A stretch of 54,000 bases of DNA from Candidatus Sumerlaeia bacterium (lineage in GTDB: Bacteria > Sumerlaeota > Sumerlaeia > SLMS01). A program made the position numbers and the translations under genes. The notes under the pieces were generated by a model. That model was not told the DNA's origin. It saw only the letters and a program-made list of their open reading frames with translations, and searched no databases. The stretch's first letter is position 1, and the number at the start of each line of letters is the position of its first letter. The DNA is taken from assembly GCA_020831705.1 (NCBI GenBank), contig JAFIGB010000312.1, forward strand, positions 1-54,000, written 5' to 3'. Below are positions 24,976 through 33,855 of this stretch, piece by piece.

Positions 24976-25932
24976 CTACCGGATCTGTTCCACTTCCAGG
25001 TGGACGACTCCGAAGTCGTAATCCGGGCACCCCTGGCATTCGGGCTTGATAATGCCGAAGGTAATTTCCAGCACACGGGTCGTCCGGGGATCGTAACCCT
25101 TGTCACGGAGCGCCATCGTTTCCCGGGCCGACATGACCGCAAGGGCCTTGGGGCTCAACGCCAGCACATCGTAATACCCCTCCTCGGCCACATTGGAGAA
25201 GGTGCCCTTGTCTGTACGGGCGGCATTGAGGAAGTTCCGACCATGGACGGGGCGGGTGTACCGCCGCTCGAAGGTCATCCCATGGCGTTCAAGAATGGGG
25301 CGGACGATGTGGTCGGGGAACCCGGAGGTGTCGAGAAGGCGAATCGCCCCAGCGGTTCCTCCATCGCTGGCCAGTTCAAAGTCCCGTGCGGCGCTTTCCA
25401 CTTCGTTTCGAATCAGGGACTTTTGCAGGTCTGTATGACGTTGTTCCAGCTTGGCAAGCTCACGGACCAATTCACGCTCAATGGCCTGAATATCTGCCCG
25501 GTCCTGATTGTCGGGACTCCAGTTGGTGAAGGTCGCCTGGGAGGGATCCTCATACTCATCCGCCGAATCCTCCATCGCCTCGTCAGGGAAAACATCCCGG
25601 ATCAGATCACCGGTCTCCGTGGCGTTTGGGCGGGTGGCGATGACCTCGGGAGCCTCGGGGTTGACCATGGGGAGATCCTCGGCCACTTCCGGTTCCGGCT
25701 CGGGTTCAGGTTCCGGTTCCTCGAAGATTTCCTCCTCAAGAATCAATTCCTGCTCGGGGACCTGCTCCACGGTGACACGCATGGGCAGCGGCTCGGGAGG
25801 CGTGGGTTGCGGTGCCAGACGGATCGACGCCAGCGTCGCCATGGAAAGCAGCACCACCGGCAGGGCAATGGAAAGCCCGGCATGGCGTTCATACCATGGA
25901 ATGTGATGGCGGTGGCCGCTGGGAATCCTCAT
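24976..25932 (-). CDS. Membrane-anchored protein with Pro-rich and (EP)n acidic linker; C-terminal domain unknown
   Basis: TM helix LSIALPVVLLSMATLASI, then PQPTPPEPLP and EEPEPEPEPEPEVAE (a TonB-like linker style). The C-terminal ~170 aa are not recognised. Confidence 0.6.
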   Translation of the reverse strand: MRIPSGHRHHIPWYERHAGLSIALPVVLLSMATLASIRLAPQPTPPEPLPMRVTVEQVPEQELILEEEIFEEPEPEPEPEPEVAEDLPMVNPEAPEVIATRPNATETGDLIRDVFPDEAMEDSADEYEDPSQATFTNWSPDNQDRADIQAIERELVRELAKLEQRHTDLQKSLIRNEVESAARDFELASDGGTAGAIRLLDTSGFPDHIVRPILERHGMTFERRYTRPVHGRNFLNAARTDKGTFSNVAEEGYYDVLALSPKALAVMSARETMALRDKGYDPRTTRVLEITFGIIKPECQGCPDYDFGVVHLEVEQIR

Positions 25933-25958
25933 GGGAGGAGAAGGACCTCGCTGGGTGG

Positions 25959-27182
25959 TCAGGGAAGGGGTGGATTCACGGACGGATCGTCGCGGAATCG
26001 CTCAAGGTCAAAGTACAAAACATGGGCAATGATGTCACGGGAAGAATTCACCCCGCCATCGTCCCGGCCATCGGGGCCGAAGCTGTAAACACGGGCGAAG
26101 ACACGCCCCGCAGGGTTTGTCACCTTCCTGTACATCAACGGGTTCCTCCACGGATCGAGGGGAGGCACCGCACCCTCGACGTATGGACCATCCCACCCAT
26201 CAAGATCCTCGCCAAACTTGATCAGGGACCACGCCTCTTCCTGTGATTCCGGAATAACACCGGTGTCATTGGCAAACCGGGCGAAAGCCCCGGCGAATTC
26301 ATCAATATTCTCGGCGTATCTCAATTCCGCCACATTGCGCATGTGCTCCTGCATCGTGGCTTCCCACTGGGCATTGTCCATGGCGATTTGCTGGCTCAGG
26401 TTCCCAATGGGGGTCATTCCCGCCACAGAACCGCTCGCCCCCACCATATCCGCCGACCAGTCATCCCAGTCGCGCATGATGGCATCGGGGTCCACCGGGT
26501 TGGCAAGAAGGTCGAGAATCTGCCCGTCGGCATTGACCACCGCCGCCTGGTTCTCCCGCAGCGTCACCGAAACACCGGTGCGGTTGGCCGTCACATGGAC
26601 GGTGCCGCTCACCACGGTGACCTGGGACGAACCATCGGCATTGTCCACCCGAAAGAGGGTTCCGCGAACACCAGCGGTCAGTTCAGGGGTCCGCACCCGG
26701 AAGGCATCCGGTTCGCCCCGGGGGGAAACCTGGGACCAAACGGATCCACCATGGAGAAAGAGCGAAACATCCTGGGAGGATTCATCCAGTTGCTCGATTT
26801 CAATGTGACTTCTTGGAGGAAGACGAAGTTCATCCTGCACGCCCCGAAGGACCAGTTTTGCCGTGGACTGGTCAAGCGTCCTGACCTGATGGCCTACCCG
26901 GAGCTGGGTTGTCTCCATCCGTGTCTGCCACCCTGCCTCCTCGTCCGGCAGGTGCTGGACCGGGGCATCCTCGCTCATTTCATAAACAACGCCGTGGTTG
27001 CCTTCTGTGACATCTGGAGCAGGGACACGTTCACGGCGACGGAGGGTGGGCCGCTCAAGGGCGGGTTCCGTGACGACCTCCTCCCCTTCACCAGCGGGTG
27101 CTTCCTGCTCCTCCCCGGCATTCAGGGCCATGGGTGGAGCAAGGAGAAGCATGAAGGCGAGGAGGCTGGAGGTGAGGCGCAT
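25959..27182 (-). CDS. Secreted FecR-domain protein fused to a GspG/pseudopilin-like globular domain
   Basis: Signal peptide MRLTSSLLAFMLLLAPPMALNA. FecR-like beta region (AKLVLRGVQDELRLPPRSHIEI..AFRVRTPELTAGVRGTLFRVDN..VTVVSGTVHVT). The C-terminus FANDTGVIPESQEEAWSLI...GWDGPYVEG..PLDPWRNPLMYRKV...YSFGPDGRDDGG resembles the T2SS major pseudopilin core but has no prepilin helix. Confidence 0.65.
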   Translation of the reverse strand: MRLTSSLLAFMLLLAPPMALNAGEEQEAPAGEGEEVVTEPALERPTLRRRERVPAPDVTEGNHGVVYEMSEDAPVQHLPDEEAGWQTRMETTQLRVGHQVRTLDQSTAKLVLRGVQDELRLPPRSHIEIEQLDESSQDVSLFLHGGSVWSQVSPRGEPDAFRVRTPELTAGVRGTLFRVDNADGSSQVTVVSGTVHVTANRTGVSVTLRENQAAVVNADGQILDLLANPVDPDAIMRDWDDWSADMVGASGSVAGMTPIGNLSQQIAMDNAQWEATMQEHMRNVAELRYAENIDEFAGAFARFANDTGVIPESQEEAWSLIKFGEDLDGWDGPYVEGAVPPLDPWRNPLMYRKVTNPAGRVFARVYSFGPDGRDDGGVNSSRDIIAHVLYFDLERFRDDPSVNPPLP

Positions 27183-27289
27183 GACTTAATTACCCGGGGC
27201 GGTCGTTTTCCACACCCCATAGGATAGGACAAAACCCCCGGCGTGTCCACCGGGGGTCGTCGTGAGTGCTGGAATTTCGGGGCGGGAGG

Positions 27290-28042
27290 TTACTCGTCCT
27301 CGTCGCTCCCGTCGGTCTCTGCATCCGCAGCAGCAGCAGGGGCCTCGTCGCGGGTGGCGGCGAGAACCTGGGGAAGGGCTTCACTGGCGGAAATACCCTT
27401 GGGCAGGCGCTTGATGATGACCTGCTCCATGACAACCTTCTCATTGGGAACGTCGCGGCTGTTCTTGGGAACGCTGGCGATTTTCTTCACAAGGTCCACA
27501 CCGTTCGATCCGCTGAGAAGCTCGCCAAAGATGGTGTGCTTCTGGTTCAGGTGGGGGGTGGGAACTTCGGTAATGAAGAACTGGCTGCCATTGGTGTTGG
27601 GGCCACTGTTGGCCTTTGCAAGAAGGCCGGGGCGATCGAAGTTCACGGAGGGATCGAATTCATCACGGAAGCGGTAACCAGGGTCACCCGTTCCATTGCC
27701 GCGGGGGCAGCCCGCCTGAATCATGAAGTTGGAAATCACGCGGTGGAATGTCAGGCCATCGTAGTAGGGACGACCCGTGGTGCGCTCGCCGGTGCTGATA
27801 TCCCGGAACTCACGGGTACCATCGGCCAGATTGACGAAGTTGCGCACGGTGATGGGCGCGATATCGGGGAAAAGCTTGATGGCGAAGTCACCATGGTTGG
27901 TCTTGATCAGGGCGAAGTAATCTACCGAATCGTCCAGCTCCGGGCCACGATCGTAGGCCGGTTGTTGGGCTGAAGCAGCAAGGGGAAGTGCCAGGGCAGC
28001 AGCCATGACAAGGAAAAGTCGAAAGAGAACACGGGGGCTCAT
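27290..28042 (-). CDS. Secreted cyclophilin-type peptidyl-prolyl isomerase with acidic C-terminal tail
   Basis: FHRVISNFMIQAGCPRGNGTGDPGY and LLAKANSGPNTNGSQFFIT motifs. Signal peptide MSPRVLFRLFLVMAAALALPLAASA. Confidence 0.9.
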   Translation of the reverse strand: MSPRVLFRLFLVMAAALALPLAASAQQPAYDRGPELDDSVDYFALIKTNHGDFAIKLFPDIAPITVRNFVNLADGTREFRDISTGERTTGRPYYDGLTFHRVISNFMIQAGCPRGNGTGDPGYRFRDEFDPSVNFDRPGLLAKANSGPNTNGSQFFITEVPTPHLNQKHTIFGELLSGSNGVDLVKKIASVPKNSRDVPNEKVVMEQVIIKRLPKGISASEALPQVLAATRDEAPAAAADAETDGSDEDE

Positions 28043-28325
28043 GATGGGTACTCACCTCGGTGTGATGGTTTTATCTGCCGAACTGCAGGTTTCGCTTATG
28101 TCCCGCAGCCGGGGGAACCATTGGCCGAAGGACAGGGCCGAAACGCAAGCGGCAATATCAGTGGACTCCAACCTCAAGGCATCGGTTTGTAAAACTGACA
28201 GGACGGTTTGGGGGAAATTGCAATGGCCGTCTTCTGCCCTTACCAATTGACGATGGCCTGCAAGCCCACGAATATCAATGGGCAACACCATTCCAAACAA
28301 CCAAAATCACAGGATCCAATTCACG

Positions 28326-29300
28326 ATGGCCTCGACTTCCTCCCTGCTCCTTCTTTCTGCCGCGCTTGCCTTTTCATCGATTCTCCCAACCGCCACCTTC
28401 GCCAGTGGGAATCAGGTTCTCCCCGTCCTCCTTGGTGAGGAAGCCGCGAGCCTCGAACAAGACCTGAATCAGGACGAGGTCGTTGATGCCGCCGACGTCG
28501 TTACCGGCCTCGAAGGGGGAACCGCGACGGAGCTCACCATCATGTTGCCGGGCGATGTTCCCCTGATCCTTGTGGAAATCCCTGCGGGGTCCTTCATCAT
28601 GGGTTCCCCCTCCACGGAACGGAATCGCTCCTCCAATGAAGGCCCCATGACGCAGGTCACCCTTTCCAGCAGCTTTTACATGGGGAAATATCCCGTCACC
28701 CAGAACCAATGGATCGCCCTCATCGAGGAGAACCCCTCGCTCCTGCTCGGCGATGACCACCCCGTCAATCGCATCGGCTGGGAGGACGCCCAGACGTATA
28801 TCACCGCCCTCAACGAATTCCTCGCCACCACCGAGCACAACATCACCGTGCGTCTTCCCAGGGAAGCCGAATGGGAATACGCCGCCCGGGCAGGCACCAT
28901 CACGCGCTTTTCCTTCGGTGACTCCCTCATTGGTGAGTCCGACGGTGACAATTGCGAGATGGACGGCCTTCGCGACCTCCACATGTGGTTTTGTGGCAAC
29001 AATAGCGGTTCCATCGGTGAGGAGGGATACGGCACCAAGCCGGTGGGGCAGAAACTTCCCAACGCCTTCGGCCTCCACGACATGCACGGGCAGGTCTGGG
29101 AATGGTGCGCCGATTATTACGGGACATTCCTTCCCGGCGGCGAGGTCACCGACCCCACAGGCCCTGCGGAGGGCTCCCTCCGTGTCACCCGGGGAGGCAC
29201 CTGGAGCAGCGACGCCATGGATTGCCGTTCCGCCCGCCGCGCCGGCGTGAACCCTTCGAGTTCCACCTTCACCCGGGGATTTCGTCTGGCCGCAGACTGA
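28326..29300 (+). CDS. Formylglycine-generating-enzyme (SUMF1/FGE) family protein with N-terminal signal and a degenerate dockerin-like segment
   Basis: ATG 28326 (MASTSSLLLLSAALAFSSILP). LVEIPAGSFIMGSP, NAFGLHDMHGQVWEWCADYY and RVTRGGTWSSDAMDCRSARR motifs. DLNQDEVVDAADVV lies near the N-terminus. Confidence 0.85.
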   Translation: MASTSSLLLLSAALAFSSILPTATFASGNQVLPVLLGEEAASLEQDLNQDEVVDAADVVTGLEGGTATELTIMLPGDVPLILVEIPAGSFIMGSPSTERNRSSNEGPMTQVTLSSSFYMGKYPVTQNQWIALIEENPSLLLGDDHPVNRIGWEDAQTYITALNEFLATTEHNITVRLPREAEWEYAARAGTITRFSFGDSLIGESDGDNCEMDGLRDLHMWFCGNNSGSIGEEGYGTKPVGQKLPNAFGLHDMHGQVWEWCADYYGTFLPGGEVTDPTGPAEGSLRVTRGGTWSSDAMDCRSARRAGVNPSSSTFTRGFRLAAD

Positions 29301-29320
29301 GAAAATCCGCAGTCCCCATG

Positions 29321-29359
29321 AAAAAACCGCCGGACGGAGAAACGTTCCCCACCCGGCGG
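29321..29359 (-). terminator. Terminator downstream of the beta-helix gene
   Basis: Stem CCGCCGG (29327-29333) / CCGGCGG (29353-29359), followed by a T6 run on the minus strand (plus-strand AAAAAA 29321-29326). Confidence 0.55.
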
Positions 29360-29389
29360 CGTATCAGAGGCGATGATGGCCCCTGCGTG

Positions 29390-31813
29390 TCAGTCGATTC
29401 CCGCAATGGCAGGGAAAAACAGGCGAACGCCTGCCTGGAACCGAAGAATCTGGAGAGGATTGGCAAGGGAGCGCGGTCCCTGACCGGTGACGTTGATTGC
29501 ATTCAGGTCGACGATGCCATGATCAAAGGGCACCGAGCCATTGATCAGCTGAAGGGCACGGATCGCATCGGCCAGGGTGGTGTTTGAACCACGATTAACG
29601 CGGCCAAGGGTGGCGGGATGGGGGTTTTCTGTGGAGAAAACGCCGAGGCTCCGCTCGTACCAGTCAACGACGCCGTTGCCGTTGGTGTCGTCCATCCGGA
29701 CGTCAGAATATTCCGTCGACGTAAGCTGAAGTTGTATATCAGGCCCACCGGGTATTCCCCCCGAGAAGGACGTTACCGACAATTGGGCCGGGTCGCCAAA
29801 TTCGGCAAGGACGATGGCATCCGCCAGGCCGTTTGCCGAGCGATCCAGCTGGGCAACGACATTGTCGTCGGTGATGGCAGCGGGGCTTGAGGGCGTCGTG
29901 ACAACCTTTTCCAGGCCGTCTATATAACCGCTGTTGTTGAGGTCCTCATCGTAGTTGGCCGCGTACCAGTTTCCACCCCAGGACAGGTGGCTGGTGGAGG
30001 GGTAATCGCCAGGGACGAGGTGGAGATGGTTGTTCCCCATGAAGAGGTTGGATCCAACATCCAGTGAAGCAACCTCGTCATTGATGAGAACATCCGCAAC
30101 GGCGGACCCAAGGAAAATGTTCCGCGTGGCCTCCAGATCAATGGTACCCACGGCGCTGATGGCAGTGGCAGCGGCACCGAGGGTTGTGTTTTGAATGGTG
30201 GCGGAAAGCCCGTTCAGGCCACGGAGTTCAATGGCGGTGTCGACACCCGCATTGCGAAGTCCCAGCGAGTCGAGAAGCACCCCGCCAGCGGTGGAAATGG
30301 CCACCAGGGAGACATCAGGGTCGCTCGTGATAATGTCTACGCTGCCGGGACCCGGTTGGGCCGGGACGATGTCGACGGACCTTGTGATGAAGATCGAGGG
30401 CGCCACGTGGCTACCCCCCTCAAGCACCACGGTGCCGCCGGGGTTGACGGACAGAAGCGCCTCGCCAAGGCTGGTTGTATAGACGTCTGTGGGGCTTGCC
30501 GGAATGTCGGCGGCATCCGCCACGACGACAATGGTATCCGCGGCGGGGGTTGTTTGCCAGCCACCCACGGTCGCGCCGGTGGTGGAGGCACCAACAAGCG
30601 GTGAGCCGGGCTGGAGGGAAACATCCCCACCGGGCACACCACCCGGGTTGGCGTAATCAGGCACAACGTCGAGGGCACCAAGGTCGGAATATATATCCAT
30701 CGAAATCGTTGGAGGCGCCGGCGTCCGGTAGGAATTGCGCATGTCAGGGGCGGAAATTTCATTGCCGGAAAGTGACCCGAGCCCCGTCCCCGTGTTGTTG
30801 CGCATGCGGATTTGTCCCGGTGCGGGAACCGGGCTGAGATTCACGTCCGGCGAGCCAAAATAGTCGACGGAAACAAGGCGGGTCACAGAGTTGAAAATAT
30901 TGTCGGAAATGTCTATATGGCGAAAGCGCTGGAATTCATCGGGGTTCTGGGAACTGCCAATAAAGAAGATGATCGACCGATTTGCCAGGTTCTCCAGCGT
31001 GTTGTTGCGGAAGTAAAACTCCAGCTCTCCGCCGGGGTTCCACTGGTTGAGAAGAACCGCCTGATTTTTGTTCACGATCGTGTTGCCCTCGATGAGGATA
31101 ACGCCCTCAAGGCCGGGAAGGTCTCCGAATCCCTCGAAGATCACCGCTTGGCGATCATTGAAGGAGGGAATGCCGATGATCTCGTTGTTCCGGATCACCA
31201 AGTTTCCCGCAAACGTCCGAATCTGTACATTCGGCCTTGGTTGGCTCTGGAACCGATTGTTCTCAATGGTAAGGTTCCCGGCGTGGGAGAAGACACCACG
31301 AATCGCCCCGTCGATGACGGAGTTGGCAATGGTGATGTTCTCGTGGATGATGTCGTAAGTGGGTGCCGACCCCGATGGAATGCTGATCATGACCGAGTCA
31401 TCAGACGTTGGGGGAAGGGAAAGCTCGAGGTGCTCCAGCGTGACATCGCTGGCGGAGATCCTTATTGCATTCTGGGTGTTGGAGCCCGTGCCGGCGAGAT
31501 TTTCAAACTCCACGACAGGTCGGTCAGCGGGGTCTGTTCCCCGGATCGTCACCGACTTGGTGATGGCAATTCCGGGAGGGCCTGAAGCGGATCCGCCCAC
31601 CCCAACCACGGTGTAGGTTCCCGGTTGAACGAGGATGGTGCCACCAACTTCGACTTCATCCAGGGCCTTGTCAAAGGTGAGGAAGGGGTCGGCTTCAGTG
31701 CCGGGGTTGCTGTCGTCACCCGTGGGGGAAAGGTAAACAGTGGGTGCTGCCGACAATGACATCCCTGATGCCAGTATCAACGCGGCTCCCAAGGTGGGAA
31801 ATGGTAACTTCAT
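29390..31813 (-). CDS. Secreted right-handed parallel beta-helix repeat protein (807 aa) with C-terminal Ca-binding/dockerin-like segments
   Basis: Signal peptide MKLPFPTLGAALILASGMSLSA. Repeated PbH1-like units (IANSVIDG, IENNRF, IRNNEIIG, IEGNTIVN, FRNNTLEN, ISDNIFN). C-terminal DDTNGNGVVDWYERSLG and GRVNRGSNTTLADAIRALQLINGS. Confidence 0.7.
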   Translation of the reverse strand: MKLPFPTLGAALILASGMSLSAAPTVYLSPTGDDSNPGTEADPFLTFDKALDEVEVGGTILVQPGTYTVVGVGGSASGPPGIAITKSVTIRGTDPADRPVVEFENLAGTGSNTQNAIRISASDVTLEHLELSLPPTSDDSVMISIPSGSAPTYDIIHENITIANSVIDGAIRGVFSHAGNLTIENNRFQSQPRPNVQIRTFAGNLVIRNNEIIGIPSFNDRQAVIFEGFGDLPGLEGVILIEGNTIVNKNQAVLLNQWNPGGELEFYFRNNTLENLANRSIIFFIGSSQNPDEFQRFRHIDISDNIFNSVTRLVSVDYFGSPDVNLSPVPAPGQIRMRNNTGTGLGSLSGNEISAPDMRNSYRTPAPPTISMDIYSDLGALDVVPDYANPGGVPGGDVSLQPGSPLVGASTTGATVGGWQTTPAADTIVVVADAADIPASPTDVYTTSLGEALLSVNPGGTVVLEGGSHVAPSIFITRSVDIVPAQPGPGSVDIITSDPDVSLVAISTAGGVLLDSLGLRNAGVDTAIELRGLNGLSATIQNTTLGAAATAISAVGTIDLEATRNIFLGSAVADVLINDEVASLDVGSNLFMGNNHLHLVPGDYPSTSHLSWGGNWYAANYDEDLNNSGYIDGLEKVVTTPSSPAAITDDNVVAQLDRSANGLADAIVLAEFGDPAQLSVTSFSGGIPGGPDIQLQLTSTEYSDVRMDDTNGNGVVDWYERSLGVFSTENPHPATLGRVNRGSNTTLADAIRALQLINGSVPFDHGIVDLNAINVTGQGPRSLANPLQILRFQAGVRLFFPAIAGID

Positions 31814-31940
31814 AATGGTGCTCCTTCTGGAACTTGAGTTGGAGGTGCAAGTTCACAAGAACTGTCAACCACTGGCCGAAAGTTTTGCAAGTGATATCTC
31901 CGCAATCGACAAAACCAATCTATTTCCCCCTCCCCATGTA

Positions 31941-31992
31941 AAAATAACAACCGCCCCACCCTGTATCGCCATTGGCGCAAAGGGTGGGGCGG
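31941..31992 (-). terminator. Terminator downstream of the metallophosphoesterase gene
   Basis: 12-bp stem CCGCCCCACCCT (31951-31962) / AGGGTGGGGCGG (31981-31992), followed on the minus strand by TTGTTATTTTT. Confidence 0.7.
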
Positions 31993-32025
31993 CATGCTCA
32001 ACGTCTTGTCGCGTTGACCGGCAAC

Positions 32026-33639
32026 CTACCGGTGCAGGAACGCCTTTGATTCCCTGAACTCGCGGCCCATGGTGTCCCTGTAGTGAACCCGGATGAAGTT
32101 CACGCCCTCGACGAGGTCATCGGGGGCAAGGGTCGTTTCCCACATGTGGAAGCTGGTGAGGGGATGGACCCAGTTGCGGCGGTAGGGGGCGTCCTCTGTA
32201 TAGAGCGCCCTTGCCACGGGATCGAGCTGGGGGGCGAAATCCATCGTCCGCTCGGGCTGGTCGTTGAGGCGAAGGGTTGCCTCGCCACCTTCCATCATGC
32301 CGTCGAAGATGTTCACCACGACCTTGTAGGAGACCGGTTCACCATCCTCCTCCTCCACAATGGCGTGGGGGAGGTAGATGTTCATTTGCTTGTCCTTCGG
32401 CAGGCCAAGACCACGATATCGCGTGGTGTATTCATTCCCCTCGATATTCAGAAGGACATACCCCTGGGGGGTGCCGTCGCGCTGGGGGGCGAAGGGGACA
32501 CCCGTTGGCCCTTCCGGGCCGCCCCACCATGCACCGCTGATCGTCGCAATGTTAGCCTGGTGGAAGTGACCATCGCCGTGCCAGCCGTCCTCGTGGGTGA
32601 AGGTGCGGTGGTTGTTGTAGTGGGTGTGGCCGTTGATGGCGAGCACCCGTTCACGGTCGCGCAGGACGTCGAAGAGGCGGTCGGTGTTTTGCGCCAACTG
32701 GTTGCCGGGCTGGCGGTTGGACATCCAGATCGGCCCGTGGGTGGCGATAACGACCAGATAATCCTCGGGAACATGCTCGAGGTTGCGCTCCAGCCAGTCC
32801 ATGTCGCTGTCGCGGAATCCCTCGCGGTATCGGCCATTTTGCTCCCGCGTTCCACCGGCGTAGATAATATTGTCCAGCCCGACGAAATGAACCTTGCCGA
32901 CATTGAACGAGTACGTCCGCGGGCCGTAATAATTGATATACGTTTCCCCGGCGTACTCGTCGGTTGGGGAGTCAAAGTCAATGTCATGGTTGCCAATGAT
33001 GCCGAAGAAGGGAATGCCGGCGTTGGCCACCCCCTTGATGTAGTGGGGGAAGAAGCTCAGGTCATCGTAGAGAATATCCCCAAGCGTCATGCCGAAGACG
33101 GCATCACTGTCATTCTTGCGGACCTGTCCCACCACCGTGCGCAGAACGTAGTCCATCTGCTCCCAGTTTCGGGGCTGGGGGTCGGCAAAGAGGACAATCT
33201 TGTAGTCCTCCGGTTCGTCTATTTCTTGAAGGGCGAAGTTGATGCTTTCCGGAAGCGGCCCGGTGGGGGCAACGCCGCCATAACGCAGGTCGGGGGATCC
33301 ATCGGGACGGTGGACATAAAAGAACTGCGGCACCTTGTTTTCGTTCGTATTGATGGCATACCCGCTCGGCTTGGTCATGAAAATGACCGTGTCGCCCTCC
33401 ACGGGGAGCTCCCATTTTCCCTCCGCATCGGTCAACACCACGTCGATTCCGTTCGAGACGGGTACGCCCTGAATCGGCGGTTCCCCCTCATCCATGACAC
33501 CGTTGCCATTCACATCGTGAAAGACAACGCCGCGGGCAATTTCCCCCTCCGCCATGAGCGAAGCGGGAAGCGCCAGCATCGTGGTCAGGAGAAAGGCACA
33601 TGCCCCGGATAAGTTCCTGTGGTTTTTCAAACTGGTCAT
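32026..33639 (-). CDS. Secreted calcineurin-like metallophosphoesterase with N-terminal Ig/CarboxypepD_reg-like domain
   Basis: ATG 33639 with an AGGAG SD (MTSLKNHRNLSGACAFLLTTMLALPASLMA). GDILYDD, IIGNHD and INGHTHYNNH metallophosphatase motifs. The ORF-track extension to 34116 is rejected. Confidence 0.8.
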   Translation of the reverse strand: MTSLKNHRNLSGACAFLLTTMLALPASLMAEGEIARGVVFHDVNGNGVMDEGEPPIQGVPVSNGIDVVLTDAEGKWELPVEGDTVIFMTKPSGYAINTNENKVPQFFYVHRPDGSPDLRYGGVAPTGPLPESINFALQEIDEPEDYKIVLFADPQPRNWEQMDYVLRTVVGQVRKNDSDAVFGMTLGDILYDDLSFFPHYIKGVANAGIPFFGIIGNHDIDFDSPTDEYAGETYINYYGPRTYSFNVGKVHFVGLDNIIYAGGTREQNGRYREGFRDSDMDWLERNLEHVPEDYLVVIATHGPIWMSNRQPGNQLAQNTDRLFDVLRDRERVLAINGHTHYNNHRTFTHEDGWHGDGHFHQANIATISGAWWGGPEGPTGVPFAPQRDGTPQGYVLLNIEGNEYTTRYRGLGLPKDKQMNIYLPHAIVEEEDGEPVSYKVVVNIFDGMMEGGEATLRLNDQPERTMDFAPQLDPVARALYTEDAPYRRNWVHPLTSFHMWETTLAPDDLVEGVNFIRVHYRDTMGREFRESKAFLHR

Positions 33640-33855
33640 TCGACACTCCTTTTTGGTAAACACCAGACAGGGCAAGGTTCCCCGCCGGGAAGTGCCGTGG
33701 TCAAGGCGGTTCGGATGGGGGGCGTGATTGGCACTCCTCCTCACCTGAAGGCTGGGGGAAACGGGAATTGCCCCCCCTTTCTTCCCTTGCATTGGCACCG
33801 CCGATTCGCCTTTCCTTTGCCCGACGGCACGCACGCTCCCGCTCCCGTTTTTCCC

